64,000 bases of DNA from Clostridia bacterium (lineage in GTDB: Bacteria; Bacillota; Clostridia; TANB77; CAG-508), in contig JAXJYD010000026.1 in NCBI GenBank assembly GCA_036307105.1, positions 2 through 64,001 of the forward strand, given 5' to 3'. The notes under the pieces were generated by a model. That model did not search any database. It was not told the origin of the DNA and saw only the letters and a program-made list of their open reading frames with translations. Made by a program: the position numbers and the translations under genes. Every line of letters starts with the position of its first letter. Within the stretch, counting starts at the first letter, position 1. Shown here piece after piece: positions 18,882-29,252 of the stretch.

Positions 18882-19484
18882 ATGTCAGTATTAATAAATT
18901 TTAAAATATGTGATAATGCAAAAGAATGTGGAGGAATTGAAGTATGTCCAACAGAGGCTTTGTCATGGGATGAAGAAAATGAAACAATAAAAATAGATAA
19001 TGAAAAGTGCATTTCTTGTGGTACATGTGAAAGAAACTGCCCAATAGGTGCAATTTCCGTTACACATACAGAAGAAGAATATTCAAAAAAGAAACAAGAA
19101 ATTGAAGAAGATCCAAGGACAACAAAAGATTTATTTGTTGATAGATATGGTGCAGCTCCATTATCTGATTTTTTTATGATAGAAGAAGATGAGTTGGATA
19201 AAAAAACAGGAAATGGAATAACATTAGTTGAATGCTATGAAGATGATTCAATACAATGTTTATTAAAATCAATTCCAATTAAAGAAATTACTTCTGATAT
19301 GCCAAAAGATACAATGTTTTATAAAATAAAAACAGGAGCAGAAACAAAGGGAAAATATGATATAACAGAATTACCAACTTTATTAATATTTAAAAATAAA
19401 AAATATTTAGGTAAAATTGATGGATATTATTCAACAGAAAATAAAGAAGAATTTATGAATAAGATAAATGAAATAATAAATTAA
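18882..19484 (+). CDS. 4Fe-4S ferredoxin domain fused to a thioredoxin-like domain
   Basis: CISCGTCERNCPIGAI cluster motif. The C-terminal LPTLLIFKNKKYLGKIDGY resembles a thioredoxin fold. Confidence 0.6.
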   Translation: MSVLINFKICDNAKECGGIEVCPTEALSWDEENETIKIDNEKCISCGTCERNCPIGAISVTHTEEEYSKKKQEIEEDPRTTKDLFVDRYGAAPLSDFFMIEEDELDKKTGNGITLVECYEDDSIQCLLKSIPIKEITSDMPKDTMFYKIKTGAETKGKYDITELPTLLIFKNKKYLGKIDGYYSTENKEEFMNKINEIIN

Positions 19485-19494
19485 ACAATAATAT

Positions 19495-19890
19495 TTTAGA
19501 TACAAATTTAGATACAAATGACTAGCAAAGCCGAGTGTAGAGAAGTGTAGCTAAGTGCAAAAATGCAGAAAAAAGTGGAATAAAATGCAGTCAAGTGTAG
19601 CTAAATGAACGAAATTGAAAAGCCATGTGGCAGTGGTAAAAAGTACAAAAATTGCTGCGAAAGAAATTAATAAGACGTTTAAAGTCCTTAAATAAAGGGC
19701 TTTTTATTATAACATTTACAAGATTATTTTTTACATATGTTATTATATACGTTGTGAGGGCGTATATAAAACGTATGTAAATTACTTTTTGAAATCTAAG
19801 AACCAGTATTTTCAATGATTACAGAATACATGTACCACTGCCAATGTGGTATGGGTAAGTATTGAAAAAAATAATGATGAATGGTAAAAT
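19495..19890 (+). repeat. Repeat family S, copy 3 (complete unit)
   Basis: TTTAGATACAAA x2 (19495-19518). Conserved block. Mini-ORF 19605-19670 (MNEIEKPCGSGKKYKNCCERN). Terminator. Iterons at 19731-19741 and 19770-19780. Promoter TTGAAA 19862 / TAAAAT 19885. Confidence 0.75.
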
Positions 19891-19934
19891 ACTAATGACA
19901 TAAATATTGATTATGTTAGAGGAGCTGTTGTAAA

Positions 19935-20534
19935 ATGAAAATTGGATTAGATTTAGATGGTGTCGTTTTTGATAGTGAAACAACTTTTAGAACATACGAA
20001 GAATTGTTTGATATAGAAAGAAATCAAAACAAATTAGTTGATAAAAGTGAGCCTAAATTTCAGAAAAGATATTCATGGAATGAAATAGAATTGAAAGAAT
20101 TTCAAAAGTATTATTTAGAAGTGTCACAAAATAGTCCACTAATGCCAGGATTTAAAAAGGTATATGAATTGCTTAAAAAATCAGGAGTTGAATTAGTTAT
20201 TATTTCTGCAAGAGGTTTAGGTGGAGATGGAACTGATTTGCAATGTATGGAAGACGATGCCAAAAGAATTTTAGAAGAGAACAACATTATTTTTGATAAA
20301 TACTATTGGAAACAAGCCAATAAATTAGAAGTATGCAAAAGAGAAAATATAGATATTATGATTGATGATGATTATAATATAATTACTGATTTGTCAAACA
20401 ATAATATCAAGACACTATATTTTAGAGATACGAATCTAAAGGAATTAGAAGAAAATGAATATATTACAGAGGTAAATAATTGGGGAGATATTTATAGGGT
20501 AATTCATAATTTATTAAATAATAAGGAAGTGTAA
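19935..20534 (+). CDS. HAD-superfamily hydrolase (5'(3')-nucleotidase-like)
   Basis: N-terminal DLDGVVFD catalytic motif; 199 aa. Confidence 0.55.
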   Translation: MKIGLDLDGVVFDSETTFRTYEELFDIERNQNKLVDKSEPKFQKRYSWNEIELKEFQKYYLEVSQNSPLMPGFKKVYELLKKSGVELVIISARGLGGDGTDLQCMEDDAKRILEENNIIFDKYYWKQANKLEVCKRENIDIMIDDDYNIITDLSNNNIKTLYFRDTNLKELEENEYITEVNNWGDIYRVIHNLLNNKEV

Positions 20535-20537
20535 TAC

Positions 20538-21071
20538 ATGGAAGAATATATTGACATTTTAGATGAAGAGGGAATTTCTACAGGTGAAATAAAAGAAAGA
20601 AACGCTATTCATAAAGACGGCGATTGGCATAAAGTTATACAAATTTTTATAGTTAATGGAGATAAGATATTATTGCAACAAAGAGCATTAACAAAGAAAT
20701 CTGATCCAGGAAAATGGTGTGCTTCAGCTTCAGGACATATTAGTGCTGGTGAAACAAGCTATGAAGCAGCTATAAAAGAATTTAGTGAAGAATTAGGAAT
20801 AAATGTAGATAAAGAAAAGTTATTATTGGTTGATACATTTAAATCTCCATCTATAACATATAATAAAGATGTAAAAATATATAATAATCATTTTGTTGAT
20901 TTATATATTAGTACGCAGAAAGTTAATTTAAAAGATATAAAATTACAGAAAGAAGAAGTTGAACAAGTAAAGTTTTATTCTATTGATGAATTTAAAGAAA
21001 TGGTTAAAACAAAAGATGAAAGATTAACAAATACTCCCATTTTATTTGAGCATTTATTAGAAGCAATTTAA
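20538..21071 (+). CDS. NUDIX hydrolase
   Basis: Nudix box GHISAGETSYEAAIKEFSEELGI. Confidence 0.8.
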   Translation: MEEYIDILDEEGISTGEIKERNAIHKDGDWHKVIQIFIVNGDKILLQQRALTKKSDPGKWCASASGHISAGETSYEAAIKEFSEELGINVDKEKLLLVDTFKSPSITYNKDVKIYNNHFVDLYISTQKVNLKDIKLQKEEVEQVKFYSIDEFKEMVKTKDERLTNTPILFEHLLEAI

Positions 21072-21086
21072 AATTACAAATAGAAT

Positions 21087-21250
21087 TTTAGATACGTTTT
21101 TACATACGTTCTACTAGTAGTGCCGAGTGAATTTGAGTGTTCTCAAGTGCAAAAATATGCAAAATAATGGGTAAAAATGCTCATTAGTGTAGTAGAATAT
21201 AGCCGGAATAAAAACCATGTGGCATTGGAAGAAATTTAAGAAATAAATAT
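21087..21250 (+). repeat. Repeat family S, copy 4 (degenerate left half)
   Basis: TTTAGATACGTT and TTTACATACGTT (21087-21110), a conserved block, and a decayed SEC-C tail (CCATGTGGCATTGGAAGAAAT...). Confidence 0.6.
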
Positions 21251-21413
21251 GACTTATATATGAAGGTAGAAAGATACATATTAGAAGATAATTATCAAAG
21301 CGATAAAAAGTACATAAAAGATTAGAAGACTATAAAAGTTTAAAATATTAAATCTTGGTGTTATGAACTACAGATATCATGATCGTAACAAAGAAAAGAT
21401 GGAGGTAAGAAAT

Positions 21414-21878
21414 ATGAGCAAAATATTAATAAGTTATTTTTCAGCAAGTGGAGTAACAAAAGCGATTAGCAAAAGAGTTGCAAGTGCAATAAATGGAGAT
21501 TTATTTGAAATTGAGCCTAAAGATAAATATACGGATGAAGATTTAGATTGGACAAATAAACAAAGTAGATCATCTATTGAGATGAATGAAAATATTAAAC
21601 CAGAAATATTAAATAGAGTATCTAATTTAGATGAATATGATACAATTTGTTTAGCATTTCCAATTTGGTGGTATAAGGAACCTACAATTATTGATAAATT
21701 TTTAGAAGAAAATGATATGTCAAATAAAAAAATCTATGTATTTGTAACAAGTGGTTCTTCTTCAATAGATTCAACTTATAAAAGTTTAAAGAATAATTTT
21801 CCTAATTTAAATTTTATTGATGGAAAAAGATTTACAGGAAGAGAATCTGATGGAGAATATATAAATTGGATTAAATAG
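21414..21878 (+). CDS. Flavodoxin-family protein
   Basis: MSKILISYFSASG start and a PIWWY motif. GGAGG RBS before ATG 21414. Confidence 0.75.
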   Translation: MSKILISYFSASGVTKAISKRVASAINGDLFEIEPKDKYTDEDLDWTNKQSRSSIEMNENIKPEILNRVSNLDEYDTICLAFPIWWYKEPTIIDKFLEENDMSNKKIYVFVTSGSSSIDSTYKSLKNNFPNLNFIDGKRFTGRESDGEYINWIK

Positions 21879-21890
21879 GAGGAATTTAAA

Positions 21891-22430
21891 ATGTCAATTT
21901 ATGATTATAAAGTTAAAAATAGAAATGGAAAAGATATTTCTATCGCAGATTATAAAGGAAAGGTTTTAATAATTGTTAATACTGCAACAGGTTGTGGTTT
22001 TACACCACAATATGATGGTTTAGAAAAATTATACAAAGAATATCATGAAAAAGGATTAGAAATTTTAGATTTTCCATGCAATCAATTTGGAAGTCAAGCA
22101 CCTGGAACTGATGAAGAAATACATCAATTCTGTCAATTCAAATATAATACCTCTTTTGATCAATTTACAAAAATAGATGTAAATGGAGAAAATGAAAGTC
22201 CATTATATACTTATATAAAAAATGAGGTAAAAGAGGATATTATTGTAGGTATGAAAAATCAGATTGCCATGAAAGCGATTGAAAAAATTAGTTCAACCTG
22301 TAAAAAAGATGGAGATATTAAATGGAACTTTACTAAATTTTTAATAGATAGAGAAGGAAATATCATTGCTAGATATTCACCAACATTTAAACCAGAAGAC
22401 ATGGAAGAAAAAATTAAGGAAATTATATAA
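21891..22430 (+). CDS. Glutathione peroxidase
   Basis: KGKVLIIVNTATGCGFTPQY, FPCNQFGSQAPG, KWNFTKFLIDREG. Confidence 0.9.
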   Translation: MSIYDYKVKNRNGKDISIADYKGKVLIIVNTATGCGFTPQYDGLEKLYKEYHEKGLEILDFPCNQFGSQAPGTDEEIHQFCQFKYNTSFDQFTKIDVNGENESPLYTYIKNEVKEDIIVGMKNQIAMKAIEKISSTCKKDGDIKWNFTKFLIDREGNIIARYSPTFKPEDMEEKIKEII

Positions 22431-22609
22431 GAATTAAATTATTGCATAAGAGTACAAAAATATTGAAAAAAAATTAGATTATTGATAAAATTAAAAATGA
22501 AGTAAATTGAATTAAAATATAGATAAAATTTATCCATGATGTGAAAAAAATGATAGAATTTAAAAAAATGACACTTGTCAAAATGTATTAAAGAAAGAGA
22601 GTAATTGAT

Positions 22610-23716
22610 ATGGAAAAAATAAATAATAGCCAAAATATTGCAAAAGGAATATTAATATGTTCTGTAATATTTTTTCATAGTATGATATTTTTAGACTATT
22701 CATCATTAAATACTTTTAACGTTTTATTTTTGCTATTTCCTTGTGTTATAGGTGTATTTTTCTTTTATTCTGGCTATAATTATAAGTCACAAAAAAGAAC
22801 ACCGAAAGAAAGCATTAAAAAGAGAACAAAACAATTATTGTTACCACTTCTCATTATTTGGGTATTAACGACAATATTAGTGGTGCCAATGCTTCGCTTA
22901 ACGAATAGTGCCACATTAGATAGTATAAAACAATCGTATATGTATGTTGCATTGTCAGAACCATGGGCAATGCTGAATGGAATGAATATATCAACATGTA
23001 ATTTTGACTTAGTTCTTTGCATTCAATCAGGCTGGTTTTTATATACGTTATGGGTTGTATCTTGTATTTTTTATTTGATTGTAGATTTTGTAAATGAAAA
23101 ATTATCAAGACACATAATAACAGTTGCACTATTATTATTTTTATCATTTTTAATGGGAAAATTTATTGGAACATATTTACCATTTGTTGTTAACTGTTAT
23201 CCGGTAGTATTAGCAATAATGCTTACAGCAGCATATTTAAAAAAGAGCAACTACCTTGATAAAGAGGAAAGTACTTCAAAGATTTGTAAAAAAGTTATAG
23301 TATTTGAACTGATTATTTTTTTAATTTCTTTCATTTGTTATTTAACTTTTGGAACAAATGTAGTGGGATCATTAATGGGTGGAAAATTTAATGATATTAT
23401 TACTGGTTTAGATGCTTATATAGCATATATTTTTGCAATACTTGGAACATATATAATACATAGTATTTCAAAATTAGTTAGCAAAATACCGGTAATTAGC
23501 AGTTTGTTTGAAAAATTTGGCGAAAATTCAGCTTTTGTTTATATAACTCATGGAATTACTATTTCTTACATAGATACACTTATATTTCATAGAAATCATA
23601 ATCTGTTTAGTAGTACTGTTCAAAGTACTATATATTTATTAATAGCTATAGTTATCTACACGATTTTATTTAGAATATTTAAAAGAGGAAAGAAAAAAAA
23701 TGAACAAAGAAATTAA
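22610..23716 (+). CDS. Acyltransferase-3 family membrane protein
   Basis: About 10 TM segments. The N-terminal AKGILICSVIFFHS pattern is typical of the family. Confidence 0.55.
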   Translation: MEKINNSQNIAKGILICSVIFFHSMIFLDYSSLNTFNVLFLLFPCVIGVFFFYSGYNYKSQKRTPKESIKKRTKQLLLPLLIIWVLTTILVVPMLRLTNSATLDSIKQSYMYVALSEPWAMLNGMNISTCNFDLVLCIQSGWFLYTLWVVSCIFYLIVDFVNEKLSRHIITVALLLFLSFLMGKFIGTYLPFVVNCYPVVLAIMLTAAYLKKSNYLDKEESTSKICKKVIVFELIIFLISFICYLTFGTNVVGSLMGGKFNDIITGLDAYIAYIFAILGTYIIHSISKLVSKIPVISSLFEKFGENSAFVYITHGITISYIDTLIFHRNHNLFSSTVQSTIYLLIAIVIYTILFRIFKRGKKKNEQRN

Positions 23717-25332
23717 TAATTATATATTTTCTGATATATATGAAGTACCAGAAGAATATTCAAAAAATATTGCAATATGTTTTGAAAAGAAAACATATAG
23801 TTACAATGAATTGGCTAAATCTGTCGATTATTTTGCAAATTTATTACTAAAAATGGGTGTAAAAAAAGATGATCATGTTGCTATCCTATCAATGAATTCA
23901 TTTAATTGGATTGCATCTTTTTATGCCGTTATAAAAATTGGTGCAGTAGCAGTTCTATTAAACTATATTTCAAGGCATGACGATATTGTAAAAGCTATTA
24001 ATTTTACTGATTGTAAATATCTATTATATGGAAAATACATAGCATTTGAAAAAAATGAAAATGAATTTGATAAACTTTTAGCAGATACAAATATTGACGT
24101 ACAAAATACATTATCTATTAAACATACTGATATAGAACCAAAATATTATTTAAATAATAATATAGAAAAAGTAAGTAGCGCATATACAAGAGATGAAGAT
24201 AGCAAAAGAACATCATTTATTATATTTACTACAGGAACCACAAGTGAACCTAAAGCTGTTGAATTATCACAATTTAGTATTTTAAATCATATATATCATA
24301 ATTTATATAGATTAAATGAAATTGCATCTGATAAGTTTATGTGTTTACTTCCAATGTTTCATTGTTTTGGATTACTTGTTGTAAATACTTATTTATCATT
24401 TTATAGGATTGTATATTTAAATGAGATGAGTAATGCAATTGGGGTATATAAGGAATTTATCCATGCTAAATGTGGTGATAGTGCTTCGATAGGATATATT
24501 TATGACAAAATAGCAAGAGTGCCAGGATTTTGGATTCATCGGAAGTTCATTTGTAAAACATGCAATAGTTGGTGGAGGATTTACTTCAGAAAAAGAATAT
24601 AAATTTTTAGAAAAAAAATATGGTAAAGATAAATTCTTAAATGGTTATGGACAAACAGAATGTTCACCATTAATTTCATTTGTATATCCAGATTCACCAA
24701 AAGAAAAAATGAAAAAAACAGTAGGAAAGATATTAGATGATATAGAATTTGCTATTCAAGATCCTATAAGTAAAAAACTCTTATCCTCAAATGAAACAGG
24801 AGAAATATTAATAAAAGGCTACAATACATGTAATGGATATTATAAAATACCAAATGAAAAACAACCATTTGATAATGATGGATATTTACATACAGGAGAT
24901 TTAGGATATATAGACAAAGATAAATACTTAATTTTAACAGGTCGCTTAAAAGATATAATTGTTAGAAGAGGAGAAAATATTTCACCTGCAGAAATAGAAA
25001 AAGCATTTGAAAAATATAAGGAATTTACCAAAGTTAGAGTTATAGGAGTACCTTCATTAACAGATGGAGAAACCATTATTGCTTGTGTTGAATCAAAAAT
25101 ACATATGACACATTCAAAAGAACAGCAATATTTAAATGATTTACATTCAATATTACCTTCTTTGAAAATTCCTGAACACATAATTTGTATTGAAGAATTT
25201 CCTTTAATAGCTAGTGGTAAATTAGATGAAAGAAAAATTAAAGAAATTGTGCTAGACAAGTTAAGTCATTCTATAAATCCAAAACTTGCAATAAAAGCAT
25301 TTAAAATTCAGAAAAAATTAAGAAATCAATAA
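23700..25332 (+). pseudogene. AMP-binding acyl-CoA ligase, reading frame broken once at CGG 24540-24542
   Basis: FTTGTTSEPK AMP-binding motif, GYGQTE, GDLGY. ORF 23700-24602 and the +1 frame open from 24514 join as ...PGFWIH|GSSFVKHAIVGGGFTSEKEY. Confidence 0.8.
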
Positions 25333-25426
25333 TGACTAGAAAAAAATACTAAAAAATTTTTAAAACTTGAAGTAAAAAATAAAGATTAATAATAAAAATA
25401 TATAATACAATTATTTTAAAGGAGTG

Positions 25427-26534
25427 ATGAAAGTGATAGAATTAGAAGAAAATTCAAGACTGCTAGAACTACTTAGTAATAAAATAAAAGATTTAGGTGA
25501 GTCTCTTTGACATCTCAAAATTAGAAAATGAACTTAAATTATTAGAAGAACAAACAACAAATGAAAACTTTTGGAATGATAGTAAAAATTCTAAAAAAGT
25601 TTTATCAAGAATAAAACAGTTGAAATATAAATGCACAGAATATAATAAAATAAAGACAGAAATCAATGATTTGATGGAATTATCAGAATTGGCAATTATG
25701 GAATCTGATACGGAAGTTGATAAAGAAATATTAAAAAATACAAAAAAATTAGAAAATAGTTTTGAAAAATTACAACTACAAACTCTTTTATCAGGTAAAT
25801 ATGATTCAAATAACGCAATTGTAACAATTCATCCAGGGGCAGGAGGAACAGAGTCACAAGATTGGGCTGAAATGTTATATAGAATGTACACTAGATGGGC
25901 AAATAAGAATAATTATGAAATAAAAGAATTAGATTATCTAGAAGGTGAAGAAGCAGGTTTAAAAAGTGTTACTTTTGAAATAATTGGAGAAAATGCATAT
26001 GGATATATGAAGTGTGAAAAAGGTGTACATAGATTAGTTAGAATATCTCCTTTTGATTCAGGAGGAAGAAGACATACGTCTTTTGCTTCTGTTGAAGTAC
26101 TACCTGAGATTACAGATGATATTGAAATAGAAATTAATCCTGATGACCTAAGAGTAGATACTTATAGAGCATCTGGAGCAGGAGGACAACATATAAACAA
26201 AACCTCTTCAGCAGTACGAATTACACATATTCCAACAAATACAGTAGTTGCTTGCCAATCTGAACGTTCTCAAATACAAAATAGAGAAACCGCTATGCGT
26301 ATGTTAAAATCAAAGTTATTGGATTTAAAAGAAAAAGAACAAAAAGAAAAAATAGAAGATTTAAAAGGAGAACAAAAAGATATAGCTTGGGGTAGTCAAA
26401 TACGTTCTTATGTATTTTGCCCATATACAATGGTTAAAGACCATAGAACAAATTATGAAGTAGGAAATGTAGAGGCTGTAATGAATGGAGAAATAGATGG
26501 CTTTATTGAAAGCTATCTTAAAATGAAATTATAA
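25427..26534 (+). CDS. prfB: Peptide chain release factor 2 with programmed +1 frameshift (25427-25507 joined to 25509-26534)
   Basis: Frame 0 is MKVIELEENSRLLELLSNKIKDLGESL then TGA at 25508-25510, in the context AGGTGAgtcTCTTTGAC (CTT TGA C with an SD-like AGGTGA). The +1 frame continues DISKLENEL... with SPF and GGQ (SGAGGQHINK) motifs. Confidence 0.95.
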
Positions 26535-26580
26535 TAAAATTATATAATTTTTAACATAAATTTATATTTTAGAATACAAT

Positions 26581-26624
26581 ATATAGAGCAGGTTTTAAAA
26601 TAATCAGCTCTATATATTTTTTTT
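26581..26624 (+). terminator. Intrinsic terminator after prfB
   Basis: ATATAGAGC (26581-26589) / GCTCTATAT (26607-26615) followed by a T-run. Confidence 0.75.
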
Positions 26625-26638
26625 AAGAGGTGGCCACA

Positions 26639-27607
26639 ATGGACACAATTGTAGTTTTAAAATTTGGAGGCAGCTCTGTTTCTGATAATGATAAGTTAAA
26701 AATAGTTGCAGACAAAATAATCTGTGAATATAAAAAAAATAATAAAGTTGTTGTAGTTTTATCAGCACAAGGAAAAACAACTGATAAATTAATAGAACAG
26801 GCAAACGAATTATCTGATAATATATCTAAAAGAGAATTAGATGTTTTACTTAGTTGTGGTGAACAAATATCAATTTCTAAACTTGCTATTTTATTAAACT
26901 CTATGGGATATAAGTCAATTTCATTAACAGGATGGCAAGCTGGAATATACACAAATAATACAAATCAGAATGCAATAATTGAAAGAATTAATACAAAAAG
27001 AATATTAGAAGAATTAAATAATAACAAAATAGTTATAGTAGCTGGATTTCAAGGCTTAAATGAAAAGTTAGATATAACAACATTAGGTAGGGGAGGCTCA
27101 GATACAACTGCAGTTGCTATCGCTGCAGCTCTAAAAGCTAAAAAATGTTATATATTTTCAGATGTTGATGGTGTATATACAACAGATCCTAATAAAGTGA
27201 AGGATGCAAAAAAATTATCTAATATAGCATATGATGAGATGTTAGAAATATCTAGTGAAGGAGCTAAAGTCCTTCATAATAGATGTATAGAAATTGGAGA
27301 AAAATATAATATTCCAATAATTACAGAATCAACTTTTAATAATAAAGAAGGTTCAATTATATCCGATAAAATAGAAGAAAATTCCGTAAAAAGTATTGTA
27401 AAAAAAGAAATTTCAAGAATATCTATTGTCGGAAATGGAGTTAGTAGAAATATTTATTTAATAAAAAATATCCTAAATATAATTGATACAGAAAAATTAG
27501 AAATTTTAAACTTTGAAGTTTCAGAATCAAAAATAAGTATCACATTTAAAAATATTATTGAAGATAGAATTTTAAATATATTTCATAATGAAATATTTAA
27601 ATCATAA
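26639..27607 (+). CDS. Aspartate kinase (monofunctional class)
   Basis: IVVLKFGGSSV, GRGGSDTTA, ACT-like C-terminus. ATG 26639 is 8 nt from AAGAGG; GTG 26630 is an alternative start. Confidence 0.88.
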   Translation: MDTIVVLKFGGSSVSDNDKLKIVADKIICEYKKNNKVVVVLSAQGKTTDKLIEQANELSDNISKRELDVLLSCGEQISISKLAILLNSMGYKSISLTGWQAGIYTNNTNQNAIIERINTKRILEELNNNKIVIVAGFQGLNEKLDITTLGRGGSDTTAVAIAAALKAKKCYIFSDVDGVYTTDPNKVKDAKKLSNIAYDEMLEISSEGAKVLHNRCIEIGEKYNIPIITESTFNNKEGSIISDKIEENSVKSIVKKEISRISIVGNGVSRNIYLIKNILNIIDTEKLEILNFEVSESKISITFKNIIEDRILNIFHNEIFKS

Positions 27608-27815
27608 TAAATATTGAAGAACAATAGTGGGCTAGTATTAATTTTCTATTTTCTTAATATAGAGTTCAGCCCACGTTTAATTGTTAGTGCACGAAAATTT
27701 CTTTGAAATTTTCTGTGCTCTTTAAAATATCAGAAAATTACCTGTTATAGAAGTTCTAAAACAGACAAACCCTGAATATATATAAATAGGCAAGAAATAA
27801 GGGGAGGTATGAATT

Positions 27816-28115
27816 ATGACTATAGAAGAAAGAAAAACAATAAATACGGGAGTAATTCAAAATTCAATTTTAGAAAATAGACAAAAGCTGAGTATTTCAG
27901 GAGTCATTGATGTATTAAGTTTTGATGACCAAGTTGTGATAATTGAAACTGAATTAGGTTTATTAACCGTAAAAGGTGACAATTTACGAATAAACAAATT
28001 AAGTATAGATACATCAGAAGTAATTATAGAAGGAGATATCACTTCTTTAACATATAGTGATAACAAATCTGCTGATAATAATAAAGGCACTTTTTTAGGA
28101 AAATTATTTAGATAA
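27816..28115 (+). CDS. yabP: Sporulation protein YabP
   Basis: LSISGVIDVLSFDDQVVIIETELGLLTVKGDNLRINKL; followed by yabQ. Confidence 0.85.
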   Translation: MTIEERKTINTGVIQNSILENRQKLSISGVIDVLSFDDQVVIIETELGLLTVKGDNLRINKLSIDTSEVIIEGDITSLTYSDNKSADNNKGTFLGKLFR

Positions 28116-28159
28116 TTACTTAAATAAAATATATTTTAATACCTAGGGAGAAAATATAA

Positions 28160-28636
28160 ATGATAAATAATCAAGCACAATTATTTCTTGTTTTCATTAT
28201 AAATGGAATTATAATTGGTATTTTTTTTGACTTTTTTAGAATACTAAGAAAATCCTTTAAAACCAGTGATTTTTCTACATATATAGAGGATTTATTATTT
28301 TGGATATTAACTGGATTTAGTATTTTATTTACATTGTTTAAATATAATAATGGTGAAATAAGATTATATATGTTTCTTGCAATTGCAATTGGCATTTTTC
28401 TTTATATGCTAATATTTAGTTCATATATTATAAAAATAAACGTATCTATTATACTATTATTAAAAAAACTTTTAAAAAAAATAATATATTTTATATTTAT
28501 TCCCATTAAATTTATATTAAAAATAGTCAAAAAGATTATATTCAAACCAGTTTCTTTTATATTTATCAATATAAAATCATTATATACAAATATATTTAAA
28601 TTTAATACAAAAAAAGTTAATAAAATTAAAAATTAA
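28160..28636 (+). CDS. yabQ: Spore cortex biosynthesis protein YabQ
   Basis: Multi-TM protein with an FFDFFRILRK motif, in the conserved yabP-yabQ-divIC order. Confidence 0.75.
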   Translation: MINNQAQLFLVFIINGIIIGIFFDFFRILRKSFKTSDFSTYIEDLLFWILTGFSILFTLFKYNNGEIRLYMFLAIAIGIFLYMLIFSSYIIKINVSIILLLKKLLKKIIYFIFIPIKFILKIVKKIIFKPVSFIFINIKSLYTNIFKFNTKKVNKIKN

Positions 28637-28716
28637 GAAGGATTTTGAAACTAAATGTAGAATTATATAATTATGAGGTCCGTAGGGATATATTCATTTG
28701 AATTGGAGAAAAACTG

Positions 28717-28992
28717 ATGAAGAAAAATAAAAAATTATATAGAAATTTAATAATATTGGGTATTAGTGTGTATTTTATATTCACTATATTTAGCCAACAG
28801 ACCACATTAAGTCAATATACAGAAGATGCAAAGGAATTATCTCAAAAAATAGAATGTGAAAAAGAAAAGAAAGAAGAATTAGCTAAAAAGAAAGATGATG
28901 TAAATTCGTTAGAGTTTATAGAACAAACTGCAAGAGAAAAGTTGGATATGTATTATCCTAATGAAAGAGTATATGTAGATAAAGGAATGTAA
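28717..28992 (+). CDS. divIC: Septum formation initiator (DivIC/FtsB family)
   Basis: N-terminal TM helix plus a coiled coil, with IEQTAREKLDMYYPNE at the C-terminus. Confidence 0.75.
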   Translation: MKKNKKLYRNLIILGISVYFIFTIFSQQTTLSQYTEDAKELSQKIECEKEKKEELAKKKDDVNSLEFIEQTAREKLDMYYPNERVYVDKGM

Positions 28993-29252
28993 CTGTTTTT
29001 TTACATTCTTTTTATTTATGTCTGATACATGGAAAGTGATTTTTTCGTTTAGATTAAAAATCTTTCATTATTTACATACCATTTTGTGTAATTTTTCATA
29101 AAAAATTTGATTTTATTTAAATATATGTTATAATATATATATATATTAAATTCATTAATTAGATATTTTAATACTTTTTATTTTAGATTTATTCTTAAAT
29201 CCCCAAATTAATTTGTAAAAAAAATGATAAAAATATTATAGGAGGTTTGTGT

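Noticed and set aside
25497-25510. GTG 25497 as the RF2 start (MSLFDISK...)
   Set aside because: This is an artefact of ORF calling. The true gene starts at about 25427 and shifts +1 at CTT TGA C.
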